A stretch of DNA of 64,000 nt from Candidatus Latescibacterota bacterium. Its GTDB lineage: Bacteria; Latescibacterota; UBA2968; GCA-2709665. Each line of letters opens with the position of its first letter. Position 1 is the stretch's first letter. Below, one piece after another: positions 19,321-29,794 of the stretch. The stretch lies in contig OZ242180.1 of the NCBI GenBank assembly GCA_965205485.1, positions 4,416,001 to 4,480,000 on the forward strand, written 5' to 3'. The position numbers were made by a program, and so were the translations under genes. The notes beneath the pieces are model-generated. The model had not been told where the DNA came from. It was given only the letters and a program-made list of their open reading frames with translations, and ran no database searches.

Positions 19321-19369
19321 TCCAACATCCTCCTGTTTTAACGCGGCTTAAAGGCATTCCCTGAAAAAG

Positions 19370-19398
19370 ACAATAGCAGAAATCCAATCCTGTGTCAA
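19370..19398 (-). promoter_or_regulatory. Sigma70-type promoter for small ORF and guaA
   Basis: TTGACA-N17-TATTGT on minus strand. Confidence 0.65.
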
Positions 19399-19510
19399 GC
19401 GGTCCGGCGATGTCCGATTCTCCGGTCTGCTGGCATCCCATGCGGTTGCCAAAGCCTGGAAAAATGAGTACACTTGGGTTTCGATCCCGATGTCACTTTA
19501 AGGGGTACGG

Positions 19511-19924
19511 ATGACCGTAAACGACCTGCCGGCCCTCAATGCGATATTCAACACGATTGGCGCCGTCTTTCTCCTGATGGGCTATCTGCAGATCAGGCGC
19601 GGCAATATCCGGCAACACCGGCGAATGATGCTCCTCGCCCTCGTCTTTTCGGCCCTGTTTCTGACTACGTATCTGTACTATCACGTCGAGGTGGGATCCG
19701 TACCCTATCCTCATCATGACTGGACCCGCGGCGTCTATTTTGCCATCCTGATCCCGCACATCGTCCTGGCCGCACTGAATGCGCCGTTCATCCTCGCGGT
19801 TGTATGGCTTGCGTTACGCGGGAACTTCCATACACACAGGCGCATCGCCCGCTGGGTGTGGCCGGTCTGGATGTTCGTGTGCGTCAGCGGCGTCATCATC
19901 TACGTGATGCTCTACCAGTTCTAA
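19511..19924 (+). CDS. DUF420 membrane protein
   Basis: LPALNA, HRRMM, FLTTYLYYH, HIVLA, HRRIARW. Confidence 0.88.
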   Translation: MTVNDLPALNAIFNTIGAVFLLMGYLQIRRGNIRQHRRMMLLALVFSALFLTTYLYYHVEVGSVPYPHHDWTRGVYFAILIPHIVLAALNAPFILAVVWLALRGNFHTHRRIARWVWPVWMFVCVSGVIIYVMLYQF

Positions 19925-19942
19925 CACACAAGGAGGCACCCC

Positions 19943-20839
19943 ATGACCGTACTCGTGACGGGTTCGACCGGGCTCGTCGGTTCTTCTCTCGTTCCGCACC
20001 TCGAAGCAGGCGGCCACCGCGTCCTCAGGCTGGTTCGCGCGAGCCCGAAAAACGACATGGAGCGCCGGTGGGACCCGGAAACGGGAGAACTTGCGCCGGA
20101 CGCCCTCGAAGGAATCCAGGCCGTGGTCCATCTGGCCGGCGAGAACATCGCTTCCGGCAGGTGGAACGAAGCAAAGAAGAGCAGAATCCGCAGCAGCCGT
20201 GAAGACGGCACCCGGCTTCTGGCGCAGGGCATTGCGGAATCGCAGACGCCTCCCGGCGTTCTGATTTCGGCATCGGCGATCGGATACTACGGCAATCGCG
20301 GCGACGAAATCCTCAACGAGGAAAGCCCGCCTGGCGCCGACTTCCTTGCGGAAACGTGCATTGCGTGGGAGAATGCCGCGCGCCCCGCGGCTGACGCTGG
20401 CGTGCGTACGGTAACCCTGCGAGTAGGAATCGTACTCAGCGCGGACGGAGGCGCGCTGGCCAAGATGCTGTTCCCGTTCAAGATGGGCATGGGAGGCGTG
20501 ATCGGCGGCGGCGCACAGGTTATGAGCTGGGTCTCGATGAGCGACCTGTCGGGAATCATCGTCCACGCGCTCAACACGGCATCGCTCGAAGGCCCCGTCA
20601 ACGCGGTGTCGCCCGCGCCGGCGACAAACCGGGAATTCACGAAAACACTGGGGAGTGTCCTGTCCCGTCCAACGCTCTTCCCCATGCCGGCATTCGCCGC
20701 CAGACTCGCCTTCGGGGAAATGGCGGACGCCCTGCTGCTGTCCGGCGCCCGCGTAACGCCCGCCCGGCTTCAGGAATCCGGATATGACTTTCAACACCCC
20801 GAACTCGAAGGCGCGCTTCGACACATACTGGATCGGTAA
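19943..20839 (+). CDS. TIGR01777-family NAD-dependent epimerase (YfcH-like)
   Basis: TGSTGLVG, VHLAGE, SASAIGYYG, TNREFTKTLG. Confidence 0.92.
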   Translation: MTVLVTGSTGLVGSSLVPHLEAGGHRVLRLVRASPKNDMERRWDPETGELAPDALEGIQAVVHLAGENIASGRWNEAKKSRIRSSREDGTRLLAQGIAESQTPPGVLISASAIGYYGNRGDEILNEESPPGADFLAETCIAWENAARPAADAGVRTVTLRVGIVLSADGGALAKMLFPFKMGMGGVIGGGAQVMSWVSMSDLSGIIVHALNTASLEGPVNAVSPAPATNREFTKTLGSVLSRPTLFPMPAFAARLAFGEMADALLLSGARVTPARLQESGYDFQHPELEGALRHILDR

Positions 20840-20863
20840 GTTCCGCGCACGATCGACAGGCCA

Positions 20864-22258
20864 CTACCCTATGCCGTTCAGACGGCACACGACGTCGAAC
20901 AGCACCTGCACCCCGAATCTGACGTTTGCGACGGACACCCGTTCGTCGTGACCGTGGCACAGGTCGAAGTACGCCTCGCCTTCTTCGTACCGCATGGGCA
21001 GGAATCCGTAGATGTGGATATCGCGGTCCTGCAGAAACCGCGCATCCGTGCCACCCGTCTGCATGTACGGGACCACGGCCGCATCGGGATCGAATCGGGC
21101 GATGGACGCCTTGACCGCGTCCAGAAGTGGCGTACGATGGTCGAATTCCGTTCCGGGCCTGAAGACCTTTTCCATTTCGAAAGCGACGCCCTCGCCGGCC
21201 AAAGCGCGAACTTCCCCGACGAACCCGTCTTCGTCCACACCGGGCAATGGCCTGCCGCTCAGCCGCGCCACGGCCTCGGAAGGGATGACGTTGCGCTTGA
21301 CGCCGGCCTCGAGCATGGTCGGCGCGCACGTATTGCGCACCATCGCGTCGAACATCTTCCGGGTCGGCTCGTCAACCGGCAAGGCCTGCAGCGAGGCATC
21401 GCAGCGATCCGGGTCCAGCACCCCCAGCAGCAGATCGGCCACCTCGTCCCTGACCTGCGCGGCGGCGGCGCCTTCGAAGAACGCCTTAACGGCGGGCGTA
21501 ATCCGGTGTGGCATCTTCTCGCGGCTCAATCGCTCCAGGGCCCCCGCCAGATGAAAAACCGCATTGTCGCTATGGGGAACGGAAGAGTGCCCCGGTTGTC
21601 CGCGCGCAACCAGGTTCAGCTCGGCGCTGCCCTTTTCGGCCACCTGGCACGTGTATACCGGACGCCCGTCGACCAGCAATGCAAAGCCGCCGCCCTCGTT
21701 GATACCGTATTCGGCGTCGAACACCTCCGGGTGATTGGCCGCAAGCCAGCGCACCCCATGCACCCCTCCGAGCTCCTCGTCGGCTGCGGCCACCAGGACC
21801 AGGTCGCGCGTCAGCGGCAGGTTCAGACGCTTGCACAACAACAGGACCTGCAGTCCGACGGCCGTCGTCAATTTGGAATCGATCGCGCCACGCCCCCAAA
21901 CGTACCCCGAGTCCACCTCGCCGCCGAACGGATCGCGCGTCCATCTCGCGGGCTCCGCCGGAACCACGTCTATGTGCGACAGGAGCAGCAGCGGGCGCTG
22001 GGATCCGTCGCCCTTGAGACGCGCGACCAGATTCCCGCGCCCGGGCGCGGATTCCAGGACGCCGGGAGAAAGTCCCTCCCCGTCCAGCGCCCCGGCGATG
22101 TCCCGGACCAGGGGCAGTTCGTTCCCCGGCGGGTTCGTGGTGTCGAATCGAAGCAGCCTGCAGTGCCAATCCACCGCTTCCCGGCCCGCTGCATCCCAAT
22201 CCACATTCATAGCTGAATCTCCGGAATCTGTCCTGTGCCGGCCCGTCTTCTCTTCCAT
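20864..22258 (-). CDS. M20/M25/M40 metallo-hydrolase
   Basis: TTNPPGNE, HIDVVP, GRGAID, ADEE, GGTDAR, HGHDER; ATG overlaps upstream stop. Confidence 0.92.
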   Translation of the reverse strand: MEEKTGRHRTDSGDSAMNVDWDAAGREAVDWHCRLLRFDTTNPPGNELPLVRDIAGALDGEGLSPGVLESAPGRGNLVARLKGDGSQRPLLLLSHIDVVPAEPARWTRDPFGGEVDSGYVWGRGAIDSKLTTAVGLQVLLLCKRLNLPLTRDLVLVAAADEELGGVHGVRWLAANHPEVFDAEYGINEGGGFALLVDGRPVYTCQVAEKGSAELNLVARGQPGHSSVPHSDNAVFHLAGALERLSREKMPHRITPAVKAFFEGAAAAQVRDEVADLLLGVLDPDRCDASLQALPVDEPTRKMFDAMVRNTCAPTMLEAGVKRNVIPSEAVARLSGRPLPGVDEDGFVGEVRALAGEGVAFEMEKVFRPGTEFDHRTPLLDAVKASIARFDPDAAVVPYMQTGGTDARFLQDRDIHIYGFLPMRYEEGEAYFDLCHGHDERVSVANVRFGVQVLFDVVCRLNGIG

Positions 22259-23457
22259 CAAGCCAGCAACTCACCCATCCGCCTTCCAATGGCCTCCACG
22301 TCCCCTTCCCTCAGACACATGGGACCGAACCCCAACACGCCTTCGTACACGTCCGCCGTATTGCAGTGAATGCTTGGCTCGCCATCAATGAGTCTCCGTG
22401 CCAGTTCGAGGCATGTAATGCCTGCCGCGGCTTCGTCGATCTCGAGCCGCAAACCCGGGACGGGCCTTCCGGGATCGATGGCCGCGTCTACGCGCGCATT
22501 CGGCAATGTCTCGAGCGCCGCCGCGAGGCTTTGTATCACAGCGGCCCATCGTGCGTGTCGCGCCTCGTCCCCCTCGGCGACGAACATCCTGAGCGCCGTG
22601 ATCAGGCCCACGATCTCCTCCTTGCCCACCTTGCAGGGTCTCCCGATCCCGTGCTGGGGCGCGCCCGGCAGGAGGTCTTTGTCAATCAGCGACGCCGGCG
22701 GATTCCAGAGGTCGTAGAACACGTCCTGGTCCAGGTGCTGCAGCGCGACAGCCGATACCAGGTCTTTCCGACCGCACAGAATTCCTGAACTCTGCGGCCC
22801 GCGGATGGTCTTTCCCCCGCTGAAACAGACCACGTCCGCCCCGGCTTCGACAAAACGCTGCAGGTTCGACTGGGGCGGAAGCTGTCCGGCGGCGTCCACG
22901 ACGACCGGCACGCCCCGATCGTGGGCTGCTTTCACAACGTCCGCCAGGTCCGGACGCGCCCGGGCGTTCATCACGTACGCAACCGCCGCGGTCCGGTCTG
23001 TAATCGCATCGGCAATCTCCCACGCTTCCGTATCCCGGACGCCGGCCCCGCTGTACCGGTCGGAAATTCCCACCTCCACGAGCTTCACGCCGACCGCTCG
23101 GATGGCATGGTCGTAGAAGTTCCTGTGGCTTCGCGGGATGATCACTTCGTCTTTCATCCCGGCCGTATCCGGCAGCCGGTTCATCCTGCCCGGGTCCAGC
23201 CCGGTCACGCACGCCGCCACGCCAAGCATGATCCCCGCCGCGGCGCCCGACGTGACGTACCCGGACTCGGCGCCCGTGACGTCCGCAATGGCCTCGCCGG
23301 CCCAGGCCTGCAGTTCCGCGATATCCACGCAATGCTGCGAGGCTTCCGCCATGGCCTGCGCCACCTCCGCCGGAAGGATCGAACCGCTCAACCGGGTGGA
23401 CGGCCCGGACGCGTTGATTATAGTACGAATACCCAGGCGTTCATAAACGCTGCTCAT
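22258..23457 (-). CDS. SelA-like PLP-dependent enzyme (DgaE/SelA-related)
   Basis: IINASG, VTSGAAAG, VVDAAG, FSGGK, RPCKVGKEEIVG. Confidence 0.85.
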   Translation of the reverse strand: MSSVYERLGIRTIINASGPSTRLSGSILPAEVAQAMAEASQHCVDIAELQAWAGEAIADVTGAESGYVTSGAAAGIMLGVAACVTGLDPGRMNRLPDTAGMKDEVIIPRSHRNFYDHAIRAVGVKLVEVGISDRYSGAGVRDTEAWEIADAITDRTAAVAYVMNARARPDLADVVKAAHDRGVPVVVDAAGQLPPQSNLQRFVEAGADVVCFSGGKTIRGPQSSGILCGRKDLVSAVALQHLDQDVFYDLWNPPASLIDKDLLPGAPQHGIGRPCKVGKEEIVGLITALRMFVAEGDEARHARWAAVIQSLAAALETLPNARVDAAIDPGRPVPGLRLEIDEAAAGITCLELARRLIDGEPSIHCNTADVYEGVLGFGPMCLREGDVEAIGRRMGELLA

Positions 23458-23632
23458 CCACCACCTCCAGGACTCTGATCCGGCACTCCATGCAAACGCG
23501 AAAAGGCGAAGGCAATTCCGCTTTCCGCAACCCAAAAGGACCGTCAATATCAACCCCGGCCCATACCCTGTCAAGCCAAAACCTTTCCGTATCAAAACCA
23601 CTTGTAAACCGGCCGCGGGCTGTTTAAATTTA

Positions 23633-23795
23633 GAAGCTGTTTTAAAATTCCCAGCGGTTTTCGCGCGGCTGCAAAAGCGCCGGTCGGCGTTGGTCAAATC
23701 AGCCCGTATAGACAAATATGGGCGGATTCGCCCGCCTTGACCGCCACTTTTTCGCTCGCGCTCGGGAACTCACCGGTAATTTTAAAACAACTTCT
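23633..23795. mobile_element. MITE-like element with long imperfect terminal inverted repeats
   Basis: gaagctgttttaaaatt ... aattttaaaacaacttc flanked by TTA and TCA; related copy at about 50098-50219. Confidence 0.75.
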
Positions 23796-23840
23796 CAGAT
23801 CGCCGCCAACCGCGCCGACCAGGATCCGGGGGATCCCGAT

Positions 23841-24605
23841 ATGGAAGTCCTCGAACATACCACCAATGCCTTCAACGGCATTGTCATCAGCCCGGAAAGC
23901 CTTCCATCAGACGTGGATACGTTCAGCCATCGTCTCTCAATGTCCCTGGAGAACTGGAAGAAGGGAGGCTTCCAGCTCGTATGGCTGGAGGTTCCCATTG
24001 ACAGGTCGGAATTCATACCCGTCGCGGTGCAGACCGGTTTCTCTTTTCACCACAGCGGCGAGGCTTATCTCCTGTTGACGCGACCCCTGGTCGAAGACGC
24101 GTTCATTCCCGGTTTCGCCACCCACTACATTGGCGCGGGCGGGGTGGTCATCAGCGAGAAAAACGAGATTCTGGTTGTCTGCGAAAAACACCGCGGCAGC
24201 AGCAGGCCCTACTATAAGCTTCCCGGCGGCGCGCTGCATCCGGGCGAGCACCTGGCCGAGGCCGTCGTCCGGGAAATCCGGGAAGAAACCGGAGTTCAAA
24301 CAGCATTTGAAGCGATGGTGTGTTTCCGCCACTGGCATGGCTACCGCCACGACAAGTCCGACATCTACTTTGTGTGCCGCCTCAGGCCGCTCTCTTACGA
24401 TATCGTCCCTCAGCCGGAAGAAATCGAAGAATGTCTCTGGATGCCCGTGGGTGAATACCTGACGTCCGACTTCGTGCACGCCTTCAACCGTCAGATCGTC
24501 AGGGCGGCGCTGGCCAGTCCCGGCGTGGTAATCAGCGAGGTGGACGGATACAGCGACGGCCGGCGGCGGGAAATCTTCATGCCGCCTGGCATGGACGGGG
24601 ATTGA
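23841..24605 (+). CDS. NUDIX hydrolase with N-terminal pre-Nudix domain (NUDT6-like)
   Basis: Nudix box GGALHPGEHLAEAVVREIREETGV; VWLEVP..GFSFHH. Confidence 0.9.
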   Translation: MEVLEHTTNAFNGIVISPESLPSDVDTFSHRLSMSLENWKKGGFQLVWLEVPIDRSEFIPVAVQTGFSFHHSGEAYLLLTRPLVEDAFIPGFATHYIGAGGVVISEKNEILVVCEKHRGSSRPYYKLPGGALHPGEHLAEAVVREIREETGVQTAFEAMVCFRHWHGYRHDKSDIYFVCRLRPLSYDIVPQPEEIEECLWMPVGEYLTSDFVHAFNRQIVRAALASPGVVISEVDGYSDGRRREIFMPPGMDGD

Positions 24606-24658
24606 TCCTCATCCGACGAACCGCCGGTGCGGCGCGCGGGTAACTTAAGGAATTTGCG

Positions 24659-26692
24659 ATGAATATTCCGGATTCTCTCTTTCGCCCCATCCTGGAGAAC
24701 CGCCGGGCAGACGCCAGCCCCATTGTGTCCTCGTTGAAACGAAACCTCCGGAATGCCTGCGAAGGGCATCTGGATTCGGCATCGCCGTCATACATCGACT
24801 ATAACGAACGCAAATCGGACTTCTGGCTGACCAGGCCCGGCGGCCGCCTGCTTCCGAAGTCGATCGAAACCCTTGCCGTGGGCGGCATTCTCCTCGACGG
24901 AAGGTACGCGTCGGAGGCATGCAACATTCTCCGGACGATCGTGAAGCACCGCATCGTGGAGAACTGTGGCGGAACGAACTATGGACGTCCGTACAGCACG
25001 TGGCGGGACAACTGCCTGGACGCCGGCGCCAGTTCCATGGTTCTGGCCATCGGCCTGGACCTGTTACGGCACGAGCTGACGGACGCGGAACGCCTGGATA
25101 TCGGCGCCTATTGCCTGCCGTTCATCGACTATACGCTCGATAACCCGCCGGATCCCGGGGAGACCCGTCCGGACTGGAACATGGCCGCCATCGGCCTTAT
25201 CGGCCTGGGCCTGCTCGGACTGGTGCTGCGCGGTTACGGCGTACTGGACGAGTCACGATTCGACCTTGCGCTGGCGTCAGGTAAAAAACGGTGCCTGCTC
25301 TTCCTCGAAAAGGGTCACGACGGCGACGGCGCCTTCTACGAAGGACCGGCCTACGGCAGCGCCACGTTGCACTACCTCGCCCCGTTCGCCCTGGCGCTGG
25401 CCGCCTGCGGGGACCGGGAACTCACGAGCCACGCCGGATGGGAACGCATCGCGGAGGGCCTGGCGTATGAACTCATCCCCGCGACGGGGCGACCCAATCC
25501 GCTGAACGACTGCAATGACGGGTTCCAGATTGAATGGCTTGCTCTTCTGGCTTCTCAGCAGAACAGCGGTCTGGCGCAATGGCTCTGGCAGACCATCGAT
25601 AGACCGCCGGCCGGCGGCGAAACGTGGCATATGCCGGCCGACGCCTGGAGCGACACCGTCACACGTTATCTGCTGTATTACGACCCGTCGATTGAGCCCG
25701 TGCCGCCGGATCGTCTGGACATGCCGGGGGTCAGGCATTTTCGCAACCGGGGGCTCGTGGACATCCGTTCCGGGTGGCGGTCCGAAGACTTCTTCCTTTC
25801 GTTTCTGTGCGACGTTTTCCCCGCGGGGGGGCACCGGCAGGCGGATCGCAACCACTTCGCGCTGCACGCCATCGGAGAGTCTTTCGCCTGCGATTCCGGA
25901 TACGCCCTCGAGCGTCTCCCCGACACCACCGAGGTCCTTCGCCTGGGCGCGCTGGGCGAAGCCCACAATCTGCCGCTGGTGATGGGCGAGATGCAGCGCC
26001 GCGGCCCCGCCGGAGACGACGGCATCGTCCGCGCGGACATCCAGGGCGACTTCCCCTATATCGAGTCCGAGGCGGGAGAAAGCCACGCGAGCGCGCGGCG
26101 TTTCGTCCGGCGGACGCTCTGCCTCCCGGATGCGGCCGGCACGCCCGCCGCCGTGATTATCGTGGACCGGCTCGACTTCGAAATGCACGACCGGCCGATG
26201 CTGTCGTGGCTGCTGCACACCGCCGCAGGCAATCGGCTGGAGTGCGGACGGGACAGGGTTTCCATTGTCGGATGCAGGCGTGAAAACCGGTGCGACGTCC
26301 GGATCGCGACACCGTGGCCCGGCCGTTGGCGAGAGGAGGTATTCCACGACCATCCGCGGCTGCGGTACGACTGGTTCTGGAGCCCGCTGTTCTGCATCGT
26401 GGCGCTTGTCCCCTATCAAAAAGACGCATCCCCGCCCGAAATCGACGCCACCGGCGATGCCTCGGGCTGCGCCATTCGCATTCGTACAGGCAATGCGGCC
26501 GACACCGTACTCACGGCGGGACCCGGCAATACGGTCGCTTTCAACGACGTCCGGACGGATGCCGAGTTCGCGCACGTCCGAACCGTGGATGACAACGTCG
26601 ACACGGGCCTGCTCGCCGCCGGCTCCGTCCTCGAAGTTTCAGGACGTACTCTTGTTTCGGAGCCGGGGCCCATCGACTATCGAACCCTCTGA
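24659..26692 (+). CDS. Heparinase II/III-like protein
   Basis: DGAFYEGPAY, RSGW, GHRQADRNHFAL, GEAHN. Confidence 0.7.
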   Translation: MNIPDSLFRPILENRRADASPIVSSLKRNLRNACEGHLDSASPSYIDYNERKSDFWLTRPGGRLLPKSIETLAVGGILLDGRYASEACNILRTIVKHRIVENCGGTNYGRPYSTWRDNCLDAGASSMVLAIGLDLLRHELTDAERLDIGAYCLPFIDYTLDNPPDPGETRPDWNMAAIGLIGLGLLGLVLRGYGVLDESRFDLALASGKKRCLLFLEKGHDGDGAFYEGPAYGSATLHYLAPFALALAACGDRELTSHAGWERIAEGLAYELIPATGRPNPLNDCNDGFQIEWLALLASQQNSGLAQWLWQTIDRPPAGGETWHMPADAWSDTVTRYLLYYDPSIEPVPPDRLDMPGVRHFRNRGLVDIRSGWRSEDFFLSFLCDVFPAGGHRQADRNHFALHAIGESFACDSGYALERLPDTTEVLRLGALGEAHNLPLVMGEMQRRGPAGDDGIVRADIQGDFPYIESEAGESHASARRFVRRTLCLPDAAGTPAAVIIVDRLDFEMHDRPMLSWLLHTAAGNRLECGRDRVSIVGCRRENRCDVRIATPWPGRWREEVFHDHPRLRYDWFWSPLFCIVALVPYQKDASPPEIDATGDASGCAIRIRTGNAADTVLTAGPGNTVAFNDVRTDAEFAHVRTVDDNVDTGLLAAGSVLEVSGRTLVSEPGPIDYRTL

Positions 26693-26811
26693 CGGACGCC
26701 GGATGGTCCTTTTCCGGGGAACCCTGAACGAGTCGTCATTTCACCGCCACGCCTCCAACTCCCCGGCCACGCGAAACCTCCGACATCTCTCACAGGAAGG
26801 AACGTGCGACG

Positions 26812-28209
26812 ATGCCATTATGGAAACCCGATCCATCGTTCTATCCGTCGCCCAGGATGGCCATGCAGGCCCCGCCTGAACGATACGGTTACGTGTCCGC
26901 CCTCAATCCCGGCGCGACCGACAGGCCCGACGCCCTTTGCGTGGTGGACCTGGATATCGAGTCCCCGACCTACGGTCAGAACATCTATTCGCTTGAGATG
27001 CCGTATACCGGTGACGAACTCCACCACTTCGGCTGGAACGCCTGCAGTTCGGCCCTGTGCCCCTATGCGCCTCATCCACACCTCGAACGACGCTACCTGA
27101 TCCTTCCCGCCCTGCGTACGTCGCGCATCTACATCGTGGATACCAGGCCGGACCCCGCCAGGCCCCATATCATCAAGATCATCGAGCCGGACGAGCTCAT
27201 GGCCAGATCGGGCTACAGCCGGCCCCACACCGTACACTGCGGTCCGGACGCGATCTACGTCAGCGCGCTGGGGCCGGCGAACGGCAGCGACGGCCCGGGA
27301 GGGATCTTCCTCCTGGACCACTTCAGTTTCGACGTCATCGGGCCGTGGGAAATCCATCGCGGTTCGCAGGAACTGGCGTACGACTTCTGGTGGCATTTGG
27401 CGGAAGACGTCATGATGAGCAGCGAATGGGGAAAACCGGAGCAATTCGAGAACGGGGTGGTGCCCGAGGACCTGCTGGCGAACCGGTACGGCCACCGGCT
27501 CCACTTTTGGGACCTCAGAAAACGCCGGCTCGATCAGACGGTCGACATCGGCCCGGAGAATCAGATGCTCCTTGAGTTGCGGCCCGCGCACGACCCGCGG
27601 AAGACCTATGGTTTCGCCGGCGTGGTCGTCAGTACGGCGGACCTGTCCGCGTCCATCTGGACCTGGTTCCGCGAGAACGGCACATGGCGAATGCGAAGAG
27701 TGATAACGATTCCACCCGTGCCGGCCGGTGCGGCGGACCTGCCGCCGATGTTGAAAGCGTTCGAAGCCGTACCGCCCCTGGTCACCGATATCGACCTCTC
27801 GCTGGACGACAGGTTTCTGTACGTCTCCTGCTGGGGCCTGGGTGAATTGCATCAGTACGACGTTTCCGATCCGTTCGAGCCGGTCCTGACCGGCAAGGTG
27901 GAAATCGGGGGCATCGTAAACAGAAAGCCGCACGCAACGCGCGGCGGCTCATTGTCGGGTGGACCTCAGATGGTGGAAATCAGCCGGGACGGCCGGAGGA
28001 TTTACTTTACCAACTCCCTCTACAGCGCCTGGGACGACCAGTTCTACCCGTCCGGGATGGACGGCTGGATGGCGAAAGCCAGCGCGGACCCCGATGGTGG
28101 CCTGGAATTGGACCCCGGCTTCTTCATCGACTTCGGCGAAACGCGCGTCCACCAGGTCCGATTGGAAGGAGGAGATGCCTCCACCGACTCTTTCTGCTAC
28201 CCTTCCTGA
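26812..28209 (+). CDS. Selenium-binding protein SBP56 family (methanethiol oxidase-related)
   Basis: DELHHFGWNACSS, SRPHTVHC, YDFWW, GGPQMVEISRDG, NSLYSAWDDQFY. Confidence 0.93.
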   Translation: MPLWKPDPSFYPSPRMAMQAPPERYGYVSALNPGATDRPDALCVVDLDIESPTYGQNIYSLEMPYTGDELHHFGWNACSSALCPYAPHPHLERRYLILPALRTSRIYIVDTRPDPARPHIIKIIEPDELMARSGYSRPHTVHCGPDAIYVSALGPANGSDGPGGIFLLDHFSFDVIGPWEIHRGSQELAYDFWWHLAEDVMMSSEWGKPEQFENGVVPEDLLANRYGHRLHFWDLRKRRLDQTVDIGPENQMLLELRPAHDPRKTYGFAGVVVSTADLSASIWTWFRENGTWRMRRVITIPPVPAGAADLPPMLKAFEAVPPLVTDIDLSLDDRFLYVSCWGLGELHQYDVSDPFEPVLTGKVEIGGIVNRKPHATRGGSLSGGPQMVEISRDGRRIYFTNSLYSAWDDQFYPSGMDGWMAKASADPDGGLELDPGFFIDFGETRVHQVRLEGGDASTDSFCYPS

Positions 28210-28213
28210 CTGG

Positions 28214-28837
28214 ATGGGGCCGTGGCTGGCCATGATTGGCTTCGGCGCCTTTCACGGACTGAATCCCGGCATGGGCTGGCTGTTCGCGCTGTCCCTCGGG
28301 CTCCAGCACAACAGCGGACGCGCCGTCTGGATTGCCCTCTTCCCCATCGCGGCCGGCCACGCCGCCTCGGTAGCTGTCGTCGCCGGTCTGGTACTGGCAG
28401 GCCTCCATTTTGTCTCCCTGTCCGCGCTGCAGTGGATAACCGCCTTCCTGCTGATCGCCTTTGGGACCTACAAGCTGTTCAACTATTATCGCCATCCTCG
28501 ATGGGTGGGCATGAAGGTGGGGCCCGGAGACCTCTTCGCATGGTCGTTTCTGATGGCCACCGCCCACGGAGCGGGGCTGATGGTTATACCGGCCCTTCTG
28601 GGCGTGGCGACCGCCAGCCACGGCCACGGCCCGCCGGATACGAATTCGCTGGCCGACGTCCTTCTGGCCGTGGGCGTCCATACGCTGGTCATGTGGCTCG
28701 TGATGGGCGCGGTCGCATGGATCGTGTACCGCAAACTTGGGCTGGCCGTGCTGCGCCGGAAGTGGATCAACTTCGATCTGATCTGGGCCGTCTCCCTGCT
28801 CGTTGTCGGGGGCATCGCGCTCGTGACGGCGCTGTAG
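28214..28837 (+). CDS. Membrane protein downstream of SBP56
   Basis: GAFHGLNPGMGWLFA, GHAAS, ATAHGAGLM; His in TM segments; 4 nt after the SBP56 stop. Confidence 0.8.
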   Translation: MGPWLAMIGFGAFHGLNPGMGWLFALSLGLQHNSGRAVWIALFPIAAGHAASVAVVAGLVLAGLHFVSLSALQWITAFLLIAFGTYKLFNYYRHPRWVGMKVGPGDLFAWSFLMATAHGAGLMVIPALLGVATASHGHGPPDTNSLADVLLAVGVHTLVMWLVMGAVAWIVYRKLGLAVLRRKWINFDLIWAVSLLVVGGIALVTAL

Positions 28838-28874
28838 ACCGCTTCTCCCTGCTTATCGGCTGCCGAACCATCCG

Positions 28875-29720
28875 TCACCCATCCGGCAGTTTTCCGAGCG
28901 CGTCCATAACCGGGTCGACGTCGAACACGTAACCGAACATCAGCGCCACCCGCCACAGGGCGATTTCCTTGGCCCATTCCTCGGTGCAACTCTCTCCGTT
29001 CTCTACCGCCGTCGTGGCCTGCCGGATGGTGGAGCATACGTACCCCATCCGTCCCATGTCGATCATGCCACCCGGGCTGGCGAGCAGGCACCAGTTGATG
29101 GCGAACCCGATATAGATCAGGTGCCAGATCTCCCGCTCCCGGCATACGGCGTTGAGCTGATGGGAATTGATGACCACGGGCTCGCCCGCTTCCGGAATGG
29201 CCTGCGGCGCAAAGTCGATGTGCTTGAACCCCGCCGAGATGTCCGGCTGGTTGTGCGCGCCGGTCATCTGCCTGCCCCGGTCCGCCTGCCACTGTTTCTT
29301 CGTCGGATCTTCCACCGCGCCTCCCGCCGATTCCGGCTCCGGCCCCGCCATCCCCTTGATGCGCTCGTATTCGTCGTAAGACGCCGTATAACTCTCGCTC
29401 GATCCGACGTGAATTACGGTAAGGCCGGCGCGCCTTGCCGCCCGGAGAAGAGGTGGAAAAACGTCCTGCGAAATCCTCATCGCCCTGGGCAGATATTCCA
29501 CCATGCGGAACCAGCCGTCGTACGGCGACCCCGGGCCTGGAGGGATTTCGTCCACCAGACCGGGATTCCACGCGTGCATGCTCACCAGCGCCGTGCTTTC
29601 AAGCGGCACGTCCAGCATCCGCGTGGTCCAGCCCGCGTAACCGCGCCCTGGAATGTCGGCGCCCAGGTCCGCGTCGTGTTGACGGTAGTAGTGCGCCGGA
29701 AGCGTTAACGTCTCGCCCAT
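28875..29720 (-). CDS. Isochorismatase/cysteine-hydrolase-like protein
   Basis: STALVSMH, ARRAGLTVIH, LIYIGFAINWC. Confidence 0.6.
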   Translation of the reverse strand: MGETLTLPAHYYRQHDADLGADIPGRGYAGWTTRMLDVPLESTALVSMHAWNPGLVDEIPPGPGSPYDGWFRMVEYLPRAMRISQDVFPPLLRAARRAGLTVIHVGSSESYTASYDEYERIKGMAGPEPESAGGAVEDPTKKQWQADRGRQMTGAHNQPDISAGFKHIDFAPQAIPEAGEPVVINSHQLNAVCREREIWHLIYIGFAINWCLLASPGGMIDMGRMGYVCSTIRQATTAVENGESCTEEWAKEIALWRVALMFGYVFDVDPVMDALGKLPDG

Positions 29721-29794
29721 AGGGCCTCCCTTAATTCGTTTGCGGTCTCACCGGATCGCCGGAGCCCGCCTGCTGTCGTCCCCTCTGCGATGAT

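Noticed and set aside
22258..23457. True selA (selenocysteine synthase)
   Set aside because: Short SelA-like form without selB, selC or selD context
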